A stretch of 64,000 nt of DNA from a virus. This document shows, in pieces, positions 1-8,031 of the stretch. Under the pieces are notes generated by a model that made no database searches, was not told the DNA's origin, and saw nothing but the letters and a program-made list of their open reading frames with translations. The translations under genes were made by a program, and so were the position numbers. How positions within the stretch are numbered: the stretch's first letter is position 1; the number at the start of each line of letters is the position of its first letter. The stretch is from IMG/VR virus record IMGVR_UViG_3300025012_000003. One strand, written 5' to 3'.

Positions 1-456
1 TTCTTTGAAGTTACTTGTATAATTCTTTTGTTTGTTGTCCTCTTCATTTAATTTTATTTTATGTTCCTCGTAGATAGGGGATAAAGTATCTTGTATAGTT
101 TTTAGAAGAGTGTATAGTTCTGAGGCATCTAGTTTAGTATCTTTAATAGATATATAATTTTTATTAGCATAGATATTGAATATCTTTTTATTGTCTTTAT
201 AAACTGTTAGCTCCTCGTATATGTCTTCCCTACTAAAAGGATTCCCTCTTTGAGCATGTACCCTGATTTTATCATAGCCTTCTATATTTAAATCTACATA
301 ATAGTTATTCTTACCATCCCAATAGCCATTTACATTTATATACTTATTAGCACATAAGCAATATACCATGTAGTTGATATCATTTAGCTGTTCATATACT
401 TTCTCTTCAATAGTAACTTCAAGTTGAGTTTCTTTTTTCTTAAATATATTAAACAT
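1..456 (-). CDS. hypothetical protein (3'-truncated at window edge)
   Basis: ATG at 456; frame MFNIFKKKETQLEV... stays open to position 1; abuts the stop of 457..780. Not in the ORF track; translated by hand. Confidence 0.75.
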   Translation of the reverse strand, partial: MFNIFKKKETQLEVTIEEKVYEQLNDINYMVYCLCANKYINVNGYWDGKNNYYVDLNIEGYDKIRVHAQRGNPFSREDIYEELTVYKDNKKIFNIYANKNYISIKDTKLDASELYTLLKTIQDTLSPIYEEHKIKLNEEDNKQKNYTSNFKE

Positions 457-780
457 TTAATGACTCCTATCTATATCTTCTGTAACTCTATTGGTTACAG
501 TTTTATATCCAGTAACTATTCCTAAGAAAGTACAAGGTATCTTACTTTCTTCTAGCTTTAGGAAACCTTTACAGTTGTTATTCTTATTTATATGTATGCA
601 AGTTGTATCCCTTTCAATATCTCTTACAGGTCTTTCTAGGGGACTACCATTTTTAAGATACTCGTTTATCATGATTGCATCAGAGTTAATACAATGATAG
701 TCATCGTTGTTCATGTGGATATAGTTATCGTGTATCCTATAACAGTATGCACACTCTTTACAATAAACTTTATCCACCAT
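457..780 (-). CDS. small Cys-rich hypothetical protein
   Basis: CKECAYC...C...C...C pattern; coupled to neighbours. Confidence 0.75.
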   Translation of the reverse strand: MVDKVYCKECAYCYRIHDNYIHMNNDDYHCINSDAIMINEYLKNGSPLERPVRDIERDTTCIHINKNNNCKGFLKLEESKIPCTFLGIVTGYKTVTNRVTEDIDRSH

Positions 781-1043
781 TAGATACCTGCTTCCCTAAC
801 TATGTAGTAAATACTTCTTACTATTCCAGACTTGTGAGTTCTTAGAACTCTGTCCTTGAAATGGAACCAAGTAGTGTCAAAATCCTGACACTTATCAGCT
901 AAGTATAACATTATCTTTTCGTCTTGGGTAAGATTAGGATACTCATTACCCCAAGAAGAACGTCTCTTCTTCTCGTGTAAATCTTTTCTTATTCTTCTGT
1001 ATCCCCTGTCATTTAACAGTTCATAGATATTGTAGTCTGACAT
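780..1043 (-). CDS. hypothetical protein
   Basis: ORF with overlapping stop/start and GAGG RBS. Confidence 0.7.
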   Translation of the reverse strand: MSDYNIYELLNDRGYRRIRKDLHEKKRRSSWGNEYPNLTQDEKIMLYLADKCQDFDTTWFHFKDRVLRTHKSGIVRSIYYIVREAGI

Positions 1044-1044
1044 G

Positions 1045-1224
1045 TTACCTCTTCTTCCTGTACTCGTCGGGGTAACACACTCCAGCTAAGTAATCGCACT
1101 TAGAACCATATCTTTCAAAATGATAACAGGTTAAACAATCGTGTGAAGTATAATGCTCTACTCTTATTTCTATAGAACTATCCGAGATTTTGTTTACTAT
1201 TATATCCGACTTGTCTCTTGACAT
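1045..1224 (-). CDS. small Cys-rich hypothetical protein (59 aa)
   Basis: Hand-translated MSRDKSDIIV...CLTCYHF...CDYLAGVC; fills the gap between ORFs. Confidence 0.6.
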   Translation of the reverse strand: MSRDKSDIIVNKISDSSIEIRVEHYTSHDCLTCYHFERYGSKCDYLAGVCYPDEYRKKR

Positions 1225-1229
1225 GTTAC

Positions 1230-1439
1230 TTATCCAATCGTACTTAGTTGTGAAATTGATAATACTCTTTTGTTATTTAAAGTATACAGATGATAATCGT
1301 TAGTATACTTAGAGTGTAGTAAATAGAATCTTTCTCCTTTACTATTCTCGATTATCTTTTTGAAGATAACAAACTCATGGTCGACAACTTCACATTCTTC
1401 TATGAATTTATATATCTTTCCTTTTATCTTATACTTCAT
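1230..1439 (-). CDS. hypothetical protein
   Basis: ORF in a tightly packed minus-strand run. Confidence 0.65.
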   Translation of the reverse strand: MKYKIKGKIYKFIEECEVVDHEFVIFKKIIENSKGERFYLLHSKYTNDYHLYTLNNKRVLSISQLSTIG

Positions 1440-1621
1440 TATATTCTCACTTCGTCATAGACATGAGGATTGTTTCTTAAGGTTTCAAGTTCATAGTGAT
1501 AGCTGTGGTATCTTAACCAATCTTTGAAATCCTCTACTGAAGAAGGTTTGTTTTCATTCTTAGCATAGTACTTGAATTGTTCTACTGCTTGGATTAAGTT
1601 TTCGATAACGTATGATTTCAT
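1439..1621 (-). CDS. hypothetical protein
   Basis: ORF overlapping both neighbours by stop/start coupling. Confidence 0.65.
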   Translation of the reverse strand: MKSYVIENLIQAVEQFKYYAKNENKPSSVEDFKDWLRYHSYHYELETLRNNPHVYDEVRI

Positions 1622-1917
1622 AAGCTACCCATCCTTCTAGCTTTAATGGAAGCTACCTGTTCTACTACTTTCTTTTCTACTCTTTCTATGATGAGGTCTA
1701 GTCCTTCACTAGCCATCAGGATAGCTTCTTCAGATTTAACTTCAAGATTTCTTCCGTTGTTAAGTTTAAGAATAGATAATACCAGAAGTCCGTTATCTTT
1801 TATATCCACTACTTTAGATATAATTCTATCTATCTTAGGAGTGGCTGTTCTTATTATATTGAAAACTAAAACGGTATCATTAAGTTTAATTTCTCTTCCG
1901 TATAAATCGTGAGCCAT
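1618..1917 (-). CDS. hypothetical protein
   Basis: AAGGAG RBS; first gene after the promoter at 1949-1977. Confidence 0.75.
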   Translation of the reverse strand: MAHDLYGREIKLNDTVLVFNIIRTATPKIDRIISKVVDIKDNGLLVLSILKLNNGRNLEVKSEEAILMASEGLDLIIERVEKKVVEQVASIKARRMGSL

Positions 1918-1948
1918 ATTCGTCTCCTTGTCTTAACCTTATATAATT

Positions 1949-2001
1949 ATATTACCATACATGGTTAGACAATACAAGTGTTATGTAACTAAACTGTTAC
2001 A
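1949..2001 (-). promoter_or_regulatory. sigma70-type promoter TTGTAT-17-TAATAT (extended -10) with upstream TGTAA-N8-TTACA palindrome
   Basis: -35 at 1972-1977, -10 at 1949-1954, TG at the extended position; palindrome 1984-2001. Confidence 0.7.
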
Positions 2002-2398
2002 AACTTATCCTATATATAATACCGTTGGGTATTACTTCATGCACCAGAAGTTCTATCTTGTATCCTAAGAGCTTAATACAATTCAGACTTTCTTTATCGA
2101 GAGGGAAGTCTAACTTTATTTCAAAGTCGTACTTACCAGACTGGGTAGCTTTGTCTATCTCCCATAGCATGTATCTGAGTTCATTCCTATATAGGTTTGC
2201 ATCTACTACATTCTTAACAGCATCTTGTCTGAATAGTATAGGAGGCATCTTAGCATAACCACTCTCATAGAATTCTTTTCCGTATATACTTTTTAATTCT
2301 TTGGTACACTCGTGGTCTGCGTATAAAGTATTCCATCCATATAGTTCGGGATGTTCATTCATATAGAAGTAAAAACCGTTTCTATATAACTTAGCCAT
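1997..2398 (-). CDS. hypothetical protein
   Basis: Start moved to MAKLYRNG, which follows an AAGGAG RBS. Confidence 0.7.
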   Translation of the reverse strand: MAKLYRNGFYFYMNEHPELYGWNTLYADHECTKELKSIYGKEFYESGYAKMPPILFRQDAVKNVVDANLYRNELRYMLWEIDKATQSGKYDFEIKLDFPLDKESLNCIKLLGYKIELLVHEVIPNGIIYRISL

Positions 2399-2633
2399 TG
2401 TTATCTCCTTGTTTGTGAGTATCGTCATCGTAATGAAAAGACAATTCATCTATATCTGTAAGTTCGAACTTAGCTAAAAATTCTTCTTTCTCCCTAACAA
2501 ATACATAATTAAAATCCCTGTTCTTATAAGCAACCATCACTTGGTCTTCCTGAGCGTTGGTACAATTAACAACACCCATGTTAAGAACTATATAAAGTTT
2601 ACCCGTCTTAATATGTCTATATATTTCCGACAT
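2391..2633 (-). CDS. DUF1653-like small SH3-type protein
   Basis: IYRHIKTGKLY.V...VAY...FVRE..EF resembles the YRHxKG...VVY...WVRP..F pattern; start at MSEIY after AAGGA. Confidence 0.6.
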   Translation of the reverse strand: MSEIYRHIKTGKLYIVLNMGVVNCTNAQEDQVMVAYKNRDFNYVFVREKEEFLAKFELTDIDELSFHYDDDTHKQGDNNG

Positions 2634-2729
2634 GTTTTTCCTTTCGGTTTCTTTAACTCGATTACTTTTCCACATGCTTCACAATGGAAACAATCTTTTA
2701 TTATAGTTGTTCTAGCAACATTACCACAC

Positions 2730-2906
2730 TTACAATTCATCAGTACATTCTCCTGAAGCTATCAAGTCAGTAGCTACTCTTCCGTAATGTCCTTGTAACT
2801 GCCATACTAATTTACTGTCTATTAAATCTTGGAATAGTTCTACTATCTCTTCGTTATCAAGTTCGCCTTGTTCATAAGCCATGATTCTATCTACATAATC
2901 TGCCAT
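2730..2906 (-). CDS. conserved small phage protein (58 aa)
   Basis: Hand-translated MADYVDRIMAYEQGEL...LFQDLID...WQLQGHYGR, a motif set common in phage hypotheticals. Confidence 0.7.
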   Translation of the reverse strand: MADYVDRIMAYEQGELDNEEIVELFQDLIDSKLVWQLQGHYGRVATDLIASGECTDEL

Positions 2907-2920
2907 TATTTACTTAGCTC

Positions 2921-3199
2921 CTATCTATTTCTTTTACTGTGTATATCTAATCTTCTTCCGTCTTCCATACAAGTAGTTCCTTTAAAGGTAGCCCAAGTTC
3001 TTGTTAGTATCTCTGCCATGTAATTATCTATAACTGATTCTTCCACTATGTCCCCTTCATTTACTTCTAAGTAGCTCCAAGAATTATCAGCCTGTCTAAT
3101 CATCTCTTTATATGTTGCACTCTTATTTCTATTTATATAACTTATTCTAACATAGTCAGAAGCTTTGATACTCTTCTTTACTTTTACTAAGTTAGCCAT
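2921..3199 (-). CDS. hypothetical protein
   Basis: AGGAG RBS; first gene after the promoter at 3233-3261. Confidence 0.75.
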   Translation of the reverse strand: MANLVKVKKSIKASDYVRISYINRNKSATYKEMIRQADNSWSYLEVNEGDIVEESVIDNYMAEILTRTWATFKGTTCMEDGRRLDIHSKRNR

Positions 3200-3232
3200 A
3201 ATGTATCTCCTATTGCTTAACCTTATATACTT

Positions 3233-3284
3233 AGGTTATCATATATAAGATATGAATACAAGTGTTTGTAAAGTTATTGTTACA
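3233..3284 (-). promoter_or_regulatory. sigma70-type promoter TTGTAT-17-TAACCT (extended -10) with upstream TGTAA-N8-TTACA palindrome
   Basis: -35 at 3256-3261, -10 at 3233-3238; palindrome 3267-3284. Confidence 0.65.
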
Positions 3285-3287
3285 ATA

Positions 3288-3428
3288 CTACTCGAGTTCT
3301 ATGTAGAAAGATATCCTATCTATAACTTTCTTGATTGCTCTTCTCATATCGTCGTCTTGTCTGTATCCGTATTCATTACTGAACTGAGTCAGGTCTTTCT
3401 TCAAAGCAGTTAAATCTTTATCTAACAC
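3288..3428 (-). CDS. hypothetical protein (46 aa, GTG start)
   Basis: AAGGAG RBS then GTG; hand-translated. Confidence 0.55.
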   Translation of the reverse strand: MLDKDLTALKKDLTQFSNEYGYRQDDDMRRAIKKVIDRISFYIELE

Positions 3429-3441
3429 AACTATCTCCTTA

Positions 3442-3606
3442 TTAATTTACTTTCTTGATTTGTTCTTTTAACTTATTGAAACAGGATTTACATAAGTTGA
3501 AAGTATATTCACCAGTAGGATTAATACTTATAGAATAAGATATAGTGTTCTCACATTCATAAACATTACAGATACATCTAGGATAATCATTACGAGTTAC
3601 TTTCAT
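3442..3606 (-). CDS. small Cys-rich hypothetical protein (54 aa)
   Basis: CIC...C...CKSC; hand-translated. Confidence 0.55.
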   Translation of the reverse strand: MKVTRNDYPRCICNVYECENTISYSISINPTGEYTFNLCKSCFNKLKEQIKKVN

Positions 3607-3610
3607 AATC

Positions 3611-3775
3611 TTATATCAATCCTTGCATCTTTAAAATTAACGGAACCAAACTTGTTGTATCTAATATAATCATTCCAAGTAATACATATAACAAAGAATT
3701 GTCCTGTAGATTCTTAAAAGCAGGAATAGCTATAAACAAATTTGCTAATATCAATAATGCTATTTCGAAATACAT
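3611..3775 (-). CDS. small membrane protein (54 aa)
   Basis: AAGGAG RBS; two hydrophobic segments. Confidence 0.6.
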   Translation of the reverse strand: MYFEIALLILANLFIAIPAFKNLQDNSLLYVLLGMIILDTTSLVPLILKMQGLI

Positions 3776-3824
3776 AATTATCTCCTTTTAAAGTTCGTCA
3801 TTTTTCTTAAGAGCCACAAGGTTC

Positions 3825-4070
3825 TTAACCGAATATTCTCAAAGTTCTGTAATCATTATAGTTATACTTAATATCTTGATAAATAGGTTTACCCTCAGAA
3901 GTTTTTGATTTATGGGTAATAGTTTTAATAGTATCTTCTTTAAGATATATAGCTTCTACTGAAGGACTGACAATTATATTAACTTCTTTATTCTTAAGTT
4001 TAGGAACTATGCCTTCTTGTTTTTCTATTAGGCTTACTACTTGTCTTAATTCTGTTAAACTCAGATACAT
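3825..4070 (-). CDS. hypothetical protein
   Basis: AAGGAG RBS. Confidence 0.7.
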   Translation of the reverse strand: MYLSLTELRQVVSLIEKQEGIVPKLKNKEVNIIVSPSVEAIYLKEDTIKTITHKSKTSEGKPIYQDIKYNYNDYRTLRIFG

Positions 4071-4080
4071 AATTGTCTCC

Positions 4081-4425
4081 TTAATCTACATTTAATACCT
4101 GTAATATTCTGTTGAGTTCTGCTTCAACTCTCTCTTTGAATTCGTTAGCTACTTCAGCACAATCATAATCAAAAGCAGGAATCCAACCTTCTCTTCCATT
4201 TTTCATTCCACGTTTAGTACCTCTATAATCACTTGTAAAACAAGGTAGAGGTTTTATTGGTGATAGTTTATTAACTACTATATTCTGATTACCTATTAAA
4301 GTAACTACAATATTAACACAAGATATTAAATTATAATCCCCATCCTTATAAGTTTCTTTTTCAGTTGTAACAGAAATTACTGCTACTTTATTTATTATAT
4401 TATTAAATATCTTTTCATAATTCAT
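4081..4425 (-). CDS. hypothetical protein
   Basis: GGAG RBS; own promoter at 4462-4490. Confidence 0.75.
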   Translation of the reverse strand: MNYEKIFNNIINKVAVISVTTEKETYKDGDYNLISCVNIVVTLIGNQNIVVNKLSPIKPLPCFTSDYRGTKRGMKNGREGWIPAFDYDCAEVANEFKERVEAELNRILQVLNVD

Positions 4426-4461
4426 ATTGTGTCTCCATAATCTATTTCGGTACTAATAATT

Positions 4462-4490
4462 AATATAGCATGTATGAAATAAGAAGTCAA
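4462..4490 (-). promoter_or_regulatory. sigma70-type promoter TTGACT-17-TATATT (extended -10)
   Basis: Exact 17 nt spacing, TG motif, 36 nt upstream of the ATG at 4425. Confidence 0.7.
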
Positions 4491-4542
4491 CATATTGTTA
4501 AAATTTATTAAGCTAAAGGTTTACTAGCGAATTAAACATATT

Positions 4543-4820
4543 GAATATAAAGAAAAAGCTTGATACCTTGACTATTAGTCAGCGGGTGGCAAGCTTACAA
4601 GAAATAGATTATGGAGATAATTGTAATAAAATGTGGGATTTTGTATCAACACGTCCCTGAAACCCCACGAAAATCGAGCCGTGGAATAGAAAGCTACAAT
4701 CTACCACGCACTGATTCAATCCTTGAACCAGTGGCTAACCTGTTGGTAGTACTCTAAAGTTTTAAGTACCCGCTACCTCGGAGCACTGTACACATATAAT
4801 AGTCAAGCTTTCTTATATTC
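4543..4820 (-). ncRNA. candidate structured non-coding RNA or cis-regulatory element, family unknown
   Basis: ORF-free, GC-richer intergenic block with a long closing stem (4543-4577/4797-4820), nested stem 4581-4587/4768-4774 and at least four internal hairpins; G.U pairs favour the minus strand. Confidence 0.55.
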
Positions 4821-4921
4821 TATTACATGCCGTTATACTATTACTATTGTTTTAAAGAAACTAATAGAACCGATAAACTATTAGAATGAGTGTATAGCAA
4901 TATAGAAGTTGTTATCGGTTT

Positions 4922-5191
4922 TTATTCTTGAGTTATTACTATCTCTTTAGTTATGATACCATCGTTTGACATTACCAGAATAGAATCAATGTCATCTATT
5001 AGTTTATCATTACTTATAGGTATTGCTATCAGTTGTGGCATAGGAGGAATCTGTCTCAACATAGTATGTGTTTTAATTCCTCTAGGTATGAGTTCTTTTA
5101 TCTCCCCTGCTTTTACTAATGTGTTTGCAAGTTTTATTAACTTCATTACTTCTGGTTCATTGTTATTTAAAGTGAGTACTATTCTTTCCAT
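4922..5191 (-). CDS. hypothetical protein
   Basis: AAGGAG RBS. Confidence 0.7.
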   Translation of the reverse strand: MERIVLTLNNNEPEVMKLIKLANTLVKAGEIKELIPRGIKTHTMLRQIPPMPQLIAIPISNDKLIDDIDSILVMSNDGIITKEIVITQE

Positions 5192-5208
5192 CTATTTCTC
5201 CTTATGAT

Positions 5209-5523
5209 TTAATAGGGTTGTCCGTCTGATATATTATCAAACTCTCCGTTGATATCGTATCTTCTTTTCTGATAGTTATCTGAGAGCATCATAGCAAAGT
5301 TAGCTATGTCGGCACACTTTTCTGATAGTTCATCTACTGAGGTATCCCCCATCGGATATATTTGTTTTAATAGTATAAGTCTTTTATCTAACTCATCCAG
5401 TAGGAACTTACGATTGCAGGGTTCCTCTGACCAATGGGTTTTATGCACGTTATCCATTAGTCTTTTAAACATTATGTTAGAGAAGTTATGTATTGATTTA
5501 ATTAAGTTGAGTGGTGTGTTCAT
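5209..5523 (-). CDS. hypothetical protein (possible dUTPase/MazG-like helical fold)
   Basis: LLDELD...ECADIANFAMM resembles the phage ExADxANxAMM helical family. Confidence 0.5.
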   Translation of the reverse strand: MNTPLNLIKSIHNFSNIMFKRLMDNVHKTHWSEEPCNRKFLLDELDKRLILLKQIYPMGDTSVDELSEKCADIANFAMMLSDNYQKRRYDINGEFDNISDGQPY

Positions 5524-5536
5524 CGTTTATCTCTCC

Positions 5537-5704
5537 TTATATTTCTTGACATCTATTACTATAACATTCTTCACATAGAGTTACTTCTATTTGTTCATCG
5601 TTTATCTCTTTGGCATAAGGGCAGTGAGTCTCTATCACAGTCTTGTCTTGGGTACCACAGTCTTGGCATGTTAAATATTCTTCTGGGATATTAATCTCTA
5701 CCAT
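5537..5704 (-). CDS. small Zn-finger-like protein (55 aa)
   Basis: CQDCG...CPY...LCEECY; hand-translated. Confidence 0.65.
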   Translation of the reverse strand: MVEINIPEEYLTCQDCGTQDKTVIETHCPYAKEINDEQIEVTLCEECYSNRCQEI

Positions 5705-6010
5705 TTATTCTTCCTCTAGTCTTATTGATATGTTACAGATGTCAGGTTCCCAATCTACTGAATGTAATTCACATCCATCATCCCATAGGTCTCCTACATG
5801 TTGTTTACATACGTGAGAGTATCTATCATAGATAGCTTTCACTCCGTCGGGAGGATAGACTATAGTATAGTCAGCATCTTTCTTACAGGGAATAAAGCAA
5901 CAATATTTAGTACCAGAAGGATTGTAGCAGATAGACCTATTTCCTGTTAGCCTATCTACCAGTCCACTCCAATAGAAACTTATGTAGGCAAATATATTAT
6001 TTATTTTCAT
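5705..6010 (-). CDS. hypothetical protein
   Basis: ORF directly abutting neighbours. Confidence 0.65.
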   Translation of the reverse strand: MKINNIFAYISFYWSGLVDRLTGNRSICYNPSGTKYCCFIPCKKDADYTIVYPPDGVKAIYDRYSHVCKQHVGDLWDDGCELHSVDWEPDICNISIRLEEE

Positions 6011-6520
6011 TTAGATTATATTAAATTTCTTAAGTATGTTATATAAATTATGAGGATTTACTACACTTGAGTTAGTATCAAATAATACTTTACAATGGAA
6101 TAAAGCATCTGTTACTAACTCAGAACAGAAGAACTTCTTCTCCGATTCTTTTGTTTTAATCTTTGAATTAATTCCATGAAGTCCAGACATCAAAGCTTGG
6201 TAGAAATCGTAAGGTCTACCATTCACATCATTGACAAAAGTTCTCAGGGCATTAGCATCAAACCTTTCTCTAGCACTTAGAGTTAGAGGGAAACATTCTT
6301 TACCTTGAGTTCTGTTTAATGCTTCGGATAGAGGAACTATCCTCACTCCCGCAGTTTGAGCTTCCAACATATTTTCAGAGTCAACTGCTATTCCCGCATG
6401 GGAATACTTAGACCAAGTAAATATACGAATAACTTGTCCCATTAAGTCAGCAGGTTCAAAGAAGATTACATCTCCCGCTTGTAATTTTGGATATTGTTTT
6501 TGTTTCTTACTGAATAACAT
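6011..6520 (-). CDS. permuted papain-like amidase (YaeF/YiiX, NlpC/P60 superfamily)
   Basis: GDVIFF...YSHAGI (His) before GRPYD...FFCSELV (Cys): the circularly permuted catalytic order. Confidence 0.85.
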   Translation of the reverse strand: MLFSKKQKQYPKLQAGDVIFFEPADLMGQVIRIFTWSKYSHAGIAVDSENMLEAQTAGVRIVPLSEALNRTQGKECFPLTLSARERFDANALRTFVNDVNGRPYDFYQALMSGLHGINSKIKTKESEKKFFCSELVTDALFHCKVLFDTNSSVVNPHNLYNILKKFNII

Positions 6521-6549
6521 TTCTATTCTCCTATTGTTTATATGATTTA

Positions 6550-6771
6550 TTATGTAGCATTGACAATAGTTTCATAAGACAACTGAACTTTAGTTGGGTC
6601 TAATGCTTGATAGTTTCCTTTGTCCTCGAAAGCAAATTCAACATTGTTTACTGTATATGTATTCTTTACTCCATGTATATCTGTTATAGATATTAAATCT
6701 CCCGCTCTTGGTAATAGTACTATGGTTAGATTATCAGCTACTACAGTTCCACCTACCACTAATTTCATCAT
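6550..6771 (-). CDS. hypothetical protein
   Basis: AGGAG RBS. Confidence 0.65.
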   Translation of the reverse strand: MMKLVVGGTVVADNLTIVLLPRAGDLISITDIHGVKNTYTVNNVEFAFEDKGNYQALDPTKVQLSYETIVNAT

Positions 6772-6795
6772 ATATCTTTCTCCTTTATTATTGTA

Positions 6796-7029
6796 TTATA
6801 TATCCCAGCTCACTTCTAATACTCTATCCGTCTCTGTTGTTTTTTGTATGGTTACTTTGTATCCTTGCTCTTGATAATGGGATACTATTTCATCAGATAA
6901 TGAAATAGGAATCTCATCTACTTTGATACTAAGTTTACCATAATGTACTCTACCTTCTATCTTATTATCAATGATAGCTATATTAGATTCTAATGTTTCT
7001 TTACGAACTCCTTCAGCAGATTTTGTCAT
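6796..7029 (-). CDS. hypothetical protein
   Basis: GGAGG RBS; abuts the upstream stop. Confidence 0.65.
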   Translation of the reverse strand: MTKSAEGVRKETLESNIAIIDNKIEGRVHYGKLSIKVDEIPISLSDEIVSHYQEQGYKVTIQKTTETDRVLEVSWDI

Positions 7030-7236
7030 CTAATCCTCCTTATAGTTTGATAGCATTACGTCATAGTCGCTGAAAGCGTATGAGAGTTTCACTATCAAAT
7101 CCCACGCTTCGTCAGAAGGAGCTACATCTTTTGACTCAAAGAAGTCTAGTATCTTTAATAGAGCCACTGCTTCTGTATTTGTTTCCAATGTTATGGTTAT
7201 GGGCTGAAATGATAATTCGTCTTGAGTTATTTTCAT
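7030..7236 (-). CDS. hypothetical protein
   Basis: Coupled to neighbours. Confidence 0.65.
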   Translation of the reverse strand: MKITQDELSFQPITITLETNTEAVALLKILDFFESKDVAPSDEAWDLIVKLSYAFSDYDVMLSNYKED

Positions 7237-7571
7237 CTTACCAGTTCCTCCAATACTTCAACAGAAACTTGAGGTAGCTTATAATTGGGGTCTTCCAACT
7301 CCCTAACCATTCTTCCAAAATTAATTATCTCTTTGATTGAATTTCTTATAGAAGATTTTATACTTGTATAAGCGATAGTAAACTCTGGATATAAATCTTG
7401 ATACCCAGTGCAATCGCTGTAAGTAATTCCCCACAAAAAATTAGATATGTCTATGGGTAACTTAGTATTAAGTAAAGTATTTTTAATGACTCTCTGATAC
7501 AGTCTTGGAAAATCATTAGACTTCTTTGAGTCTATTATCTTTTGGAAATCTCTAAGTGTGTAAATTTTCAT
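7233..7571 (-). CDS. hypothetical protein
   Basis: ATGA overlap with neighbours. Confidence 0.65.
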   Translation of the reverse strand: MKIYTLRDFQKIIDSKKSNDFPRLYQRVIKNTLLNTKLPIDISNFLWGITYSDCTGYQDLYPEFTIAYTSIKSSIRNSIKEIINFGRMVRELEDPNYKLPQVSVEVLEELVR

Positions 7572-7861
7572 ACTGGTTTATACTCCTCCACATCTTTATA
7601 AATTACATGTTTAAATCTATCGTATATAATTCTAGGATTGCTTGGTAATTGTTTTAATACCTCTACAGCATCTGGAAAGATACAGGTAGTAGGCATTGCA
7701 ATATTAGTCCCATTTACTATCTGATAACAGTTATCGTCTATTGTTATATGTGAATACCCATTATTAAATTGCACATAAGAGATAGTTTCATAAGAAGCTT
7801 TGTCTTTATGTCTAGCACTTAATGACATAACTTTTATTATAATTGGATTAAAATCTACCAT
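7568..7861 (-). CDS. hypothetical protein
   Basis: ORF in the packed run. Confidence 0.65.
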   Translation of the reverse strand: MVDFNPIIIKVMSLSARHKDKASYETISYVQFNNGYSHITIDDNCYQIVNGTNIAMPTTCIFPDAVEVLKQLPSNPRIIYDRFKHVIYKDVEEYKPV

Positions 7862-8026
7862 TTATTTATCTTTCTTAAAGTATTTTAAATATATTCTTAA
7901 TAATTCTTTTTGGTCATCTTCCATCATATCTCTACTACAACGAGAACAAACCTTATGATGTTTCTCATAAAGTTCAACAACTCTTTTACAATCTATATAG
8001 AAAGAATATAATTTACCTATATCCAT
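7862..8026 (-). CDS. hypothetical protein (54 aa)
   Basis: Hand-translated MDIGKLYSF...HHKVCSRC; fills the gap exactly. Confidence 0.55.
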   Translation of the reverse strand: MDIGKLYSFYIDCKRVVELYEKHHKVCSRCSRDMMEDDQKELLRIYLKYFKKDK

Positions 8027-8031
8027 TATTT

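Noticed and set aside
4631-4660. Plus-strand mini-ORF MWDFVSTRP after a GGAG
   Set aside because: RBS spacing is 13 nt, no plus-strand promoter was found, and the GGAG is explained by the 17 bp inverted repeat.
4676-4718. Group II intron domain V look-alike on the plus strand (GAGCCGTG...GAAAG...CACGCACTGATTC)
   Set aside because: Lower stem is broken, upper stem is the wrong length, and there is no domain VI, GUGYG start, RT gene or interrupted gene; the same bases form better hairpins with other partners.
4650-4745. Cobalamin riboswitch (AGCCACTG on the minus strand, cobA in the genome)
   Set aside because: AGGGAA, CCCGCAACUG and GGGAAG core elements are missing; one heptamer is insufficient.
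4565-4810. Group I intron P7 (GACUA/UAGUC) or IS200/605-derived element (TTGAT...TCAA)
   Set aside because: No P3-P6 core or exon context, no subterminal IS hairpins or transposase.
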